The translations under genes were made by a program, and so were the position numbers. A stretch of DNA of 64,000 nucleotides from Mobula hypostoma (lineage: Eukaryota), in the NCBI RefSeq assembly GCF_963921235.1, contig NC_086097.1, forward strand, positions 148,058,001-148,122,000. The letters run 5' to 3'. Each line of letters begins with the position of its first letter. The stretch's first letter is position 1. Shown here one piece after another: positions 61,942-64,000 of this stretch. The notes beneath the pieces were generated by a model. That model saw only the letters and a program-made list of their open reading frames with translations, ran no database searches and was not told the DNA's origin.

Positions 61942-62802
61942 ATGGCCTCGGACCTCGGCATGAACGCGGACTTGCCCACCAGCCCCCTGGCCATCGAGTA
62001 CGTGAACGACTTCGATCTGATGAAGTTCGAGGTGAAGAAGGAACCCCCCGAAGCCGAGCGCTACTGCAACCGCCTGCCGGGCTCGCTGTCCTCCACGCCG
62101 ATCAGTACCCCGTGCAGCTCGGTGCCGTCCTCGCCCAGCCTGTGCGCCGCCAGCCCGGGGAGCAGTAGCAGCAACAAGGCTCACCAGCTGGAGGATCTCT
62201 ACTGGATCAGCAACTACCAGCATCACCTCAACCCGGAGGCACTGAACCTCACCCCCGAGGACGCCGTGGAGGCTCTGATTGGGAGCTCGCAGACCCACCA
62301 GCACCACCACCACCACTTCGAAGCGTACAGGGCGCAGCAGTACCCCGGGGAGGAACTGCCTGTCAACGGCCACCACCAGCACCAGGCGCCGCCGCACCAC
62401 CACCACCACCATCACCACCACCACCACCTCCGCCTGGAGGATCGCTTCTCGGACGACCAGCTGGTCAGCATGTCGGTGAGGGAGCTCAATAGGCAGCTCC
62501 GGGGCTTCAGCAAGGAGGAGGTCATCCGCCTGAAGCAGAAGAGGAGGACCTTGAAGAACCGGGGCTACGCTCAGTCTTGCAGGTACAAACGGGTCCAGCA
62601 ACGGCACATGCTGGAGAGCGAGAAGTCACTCCTCCAGCAGCAGGTGGACCAGCTAAAGCAGGAGGTGGCCAGGTTGGCCAAAGAGAGGGACATCTACAAG
62701 GAGAAGTATGAGAAGATGGCGAGCAGGAGCTACAGAGAGCAAGGCTCGGCCGCTTCCAACCCTGGCAAGAACAATTCCTCTTCCAGCGAGTTCTTCCTGT
62801 GA
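61942..62802 (+). CDS. MAFA: Transcription factor MafA (large Maf bZIP), 286 aa, single coding exon
   Basis: [53 protein letters not shown] (the EPPEAERxCxRLP segment is MafA-like); [11 protein letters not shown]; His11 tract (62395-62427); [17 protein letters not shown]; basic region [14 protein letters not shown]; leucine zipper; ends EFFL. ATG in strong context (gcaATGG). Confidence 0.93.
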   Translation: MASDLGMNADLPTSPLAIEYVNDFDLMKFEVKKEPPEAERYCNRLPGSLSSTPISTPCSSVPSSPSLCAASPGSSSSNKAHQLEDLYWISNYQHHLNPEALNLTPEDAVEALIGSSQTHQHHHHHFEAYRAQQYPGEELPVNGHHQHQAPPHHHHHHHHHHHLRLEDRFSDDQLVSMSVRELNRQLRGFSKEEVIRLKQKRRTLKNRGYAQSCRYKRVQQRHMLESEKSLLQQQVDQLKQEVARLAKERDIYKEKYEKMASRSYREQGSAASNPGKNNSSSSEFFL

Positions 62803-64000
62803 GTTGTACTGCACCTGAACTTACGAAGGGCAAGAGGGGTGGGTAGGGGAAAGATGCTTCTGATGTGACTTCAAATTAGTGTACAGAACCTTTGCAGCAG
62901 AGAAAGCGGAAAAGGCTGTAAATAATTTGAGAAGGACACACGCGGGACTTACTCTGCAGATGCTTTGAGAATTTATTTGATTCAAGGAAACATTACCGAC
63001 TCGTTTCGGAAGACTGCAGTTCTGGCAAAGAAAATTTTAAAAGTGCTGATGTAATGGTCTATTTAAAAGGGAAATGAACGAAAAAAAAACCTACAATTTC
63101 ATTAGAGGAAAAAATGAGAAATATATTTAGAAAGTAAATGAACTTCACAGGTACAAAGTAGACTTTGAACCAGAAGAGAAAATAGTTTCAAACAAATATG
63201 GACTTTAAAAAATCCTGCATGCTGGACATGTATGGCGTTTAAAGTACTCTCTCTTTTTTGGTACCCAGCCCTATTGGGATGGGAGAAATACGCATGGCCC
63301 CTGGCTTTAATTTTACTTTTCTTCATTTTTCAAGCATCATTGGAAAGCAACAAGAGGGTTAAAATAGCTGCATTCTGGAATAACCTCTGTAATATATTGG
63401 CAATGTCCTGTAATAACATAGGGAGAATAATGGGAGGGAAGACTTTGTAAGTCTTCTTTCTTCTATGGTTTAGATTGGTTGAGTGCAGCTGGTGTTTCGT
63501 TTTGCGGTTTCACTTTTTCATTAAAAAGAACTTTAAAATATGGGAGTAAAATTAAATGACTTGAATATTTAACTGTATTGGAATTGTACATAGAATGTTT
63601 TAGGTATCTGCCTTTTTCTCCTTTTTTGAGCCTATATTTTGCTTGATCAAGTCTTAAAAGAACTTTATAATTAAGAGCATGCAGATAATGTAAAGAAGTA
63701 AAAATGGAGCTCATTTAATAATGTAGACAAAAAACTACTGCACTATCAGAAGCCGAATTTGTTTTATAAATAAGGCTTATGTTTTTTTTTAAATGCTGTT
63801 TTTAACTTATTATAATTACTGACCTGATTGCTGTTTCACTCTTGGGTTGGAAAAATAAAAAGAGGGAGGTGAAATGTGAGGATATTGCTCAGGATTCAAT
63901 GCCAGTGTTGAGCTTTGATTTTAATCAGTCAGGATTATCTAATTCTCATTAATATGGAGCAATGATCTTTGTAGAAGATTACTTATCTCTGTGGCAGGTA
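62803..64000 (+). other. MAFA: MafA 3' UTR (end uncertain)
   Basis: Repeat-free and AU-rich; AAAGGGAA (63066-73); TGTAAATA (62917-24); TGTACATA (63585-92); AATAAA (63854-59). Confidence 0.65.

Noticed and set aside
61750..62607. 285-aa minus-strand ORF
   Set aside because: Antisense shadow of the GC3-rich MafA CDS; its poly-Val mirrors the His codons.

Overview
Vertebrate genomic DNA, most likely from a cartilaginous fish (inferred from the repeat families; probably a ray). Two host genes lie on the + strand. (1) A 32-nt terminal coding exon at 23650-23681 ((G)KPIQIKPRF*), absent from the ORF track, matches the C-terminus of ZC3H3 and is followed by a 3' UTR to about 24480; positions 1-23649 are therefore probably its last intron. 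(2) An intronless 286-aa large-Maf bZIP gene, MafA (61942-62802), has a TATA/Inr promoter (TSS about 61261), a uORF-rich leader and a 3' UTR with a miR-204/211 8mer site. This is the ZC3H3-MAFA order known from mammals. The rest is mostly nested transposable elements: CR1, Rex1/Babar, RTE and Hero non-LTR elements, a young near-intact Neptune-type Penelope-like element (PLE), MER1/Charlie3-like hATs, a TIR element with a 6-bp TSD, a full-length Passport-like Tc1, a decayed Gypsy element and several SINEs. The most notable signal is a dispersed PLE terminal repeat carrying a minimal hammerhead ribozyme. Inside the putative intron, its sense-strand copies occur only in inverted pairs that would mask the ribozyme. 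Repeat-free, motif-dense islands are candidate MafA enhancers. Family names come from recalled motifs, not database searches, and boundaries of old repeats are approximate.
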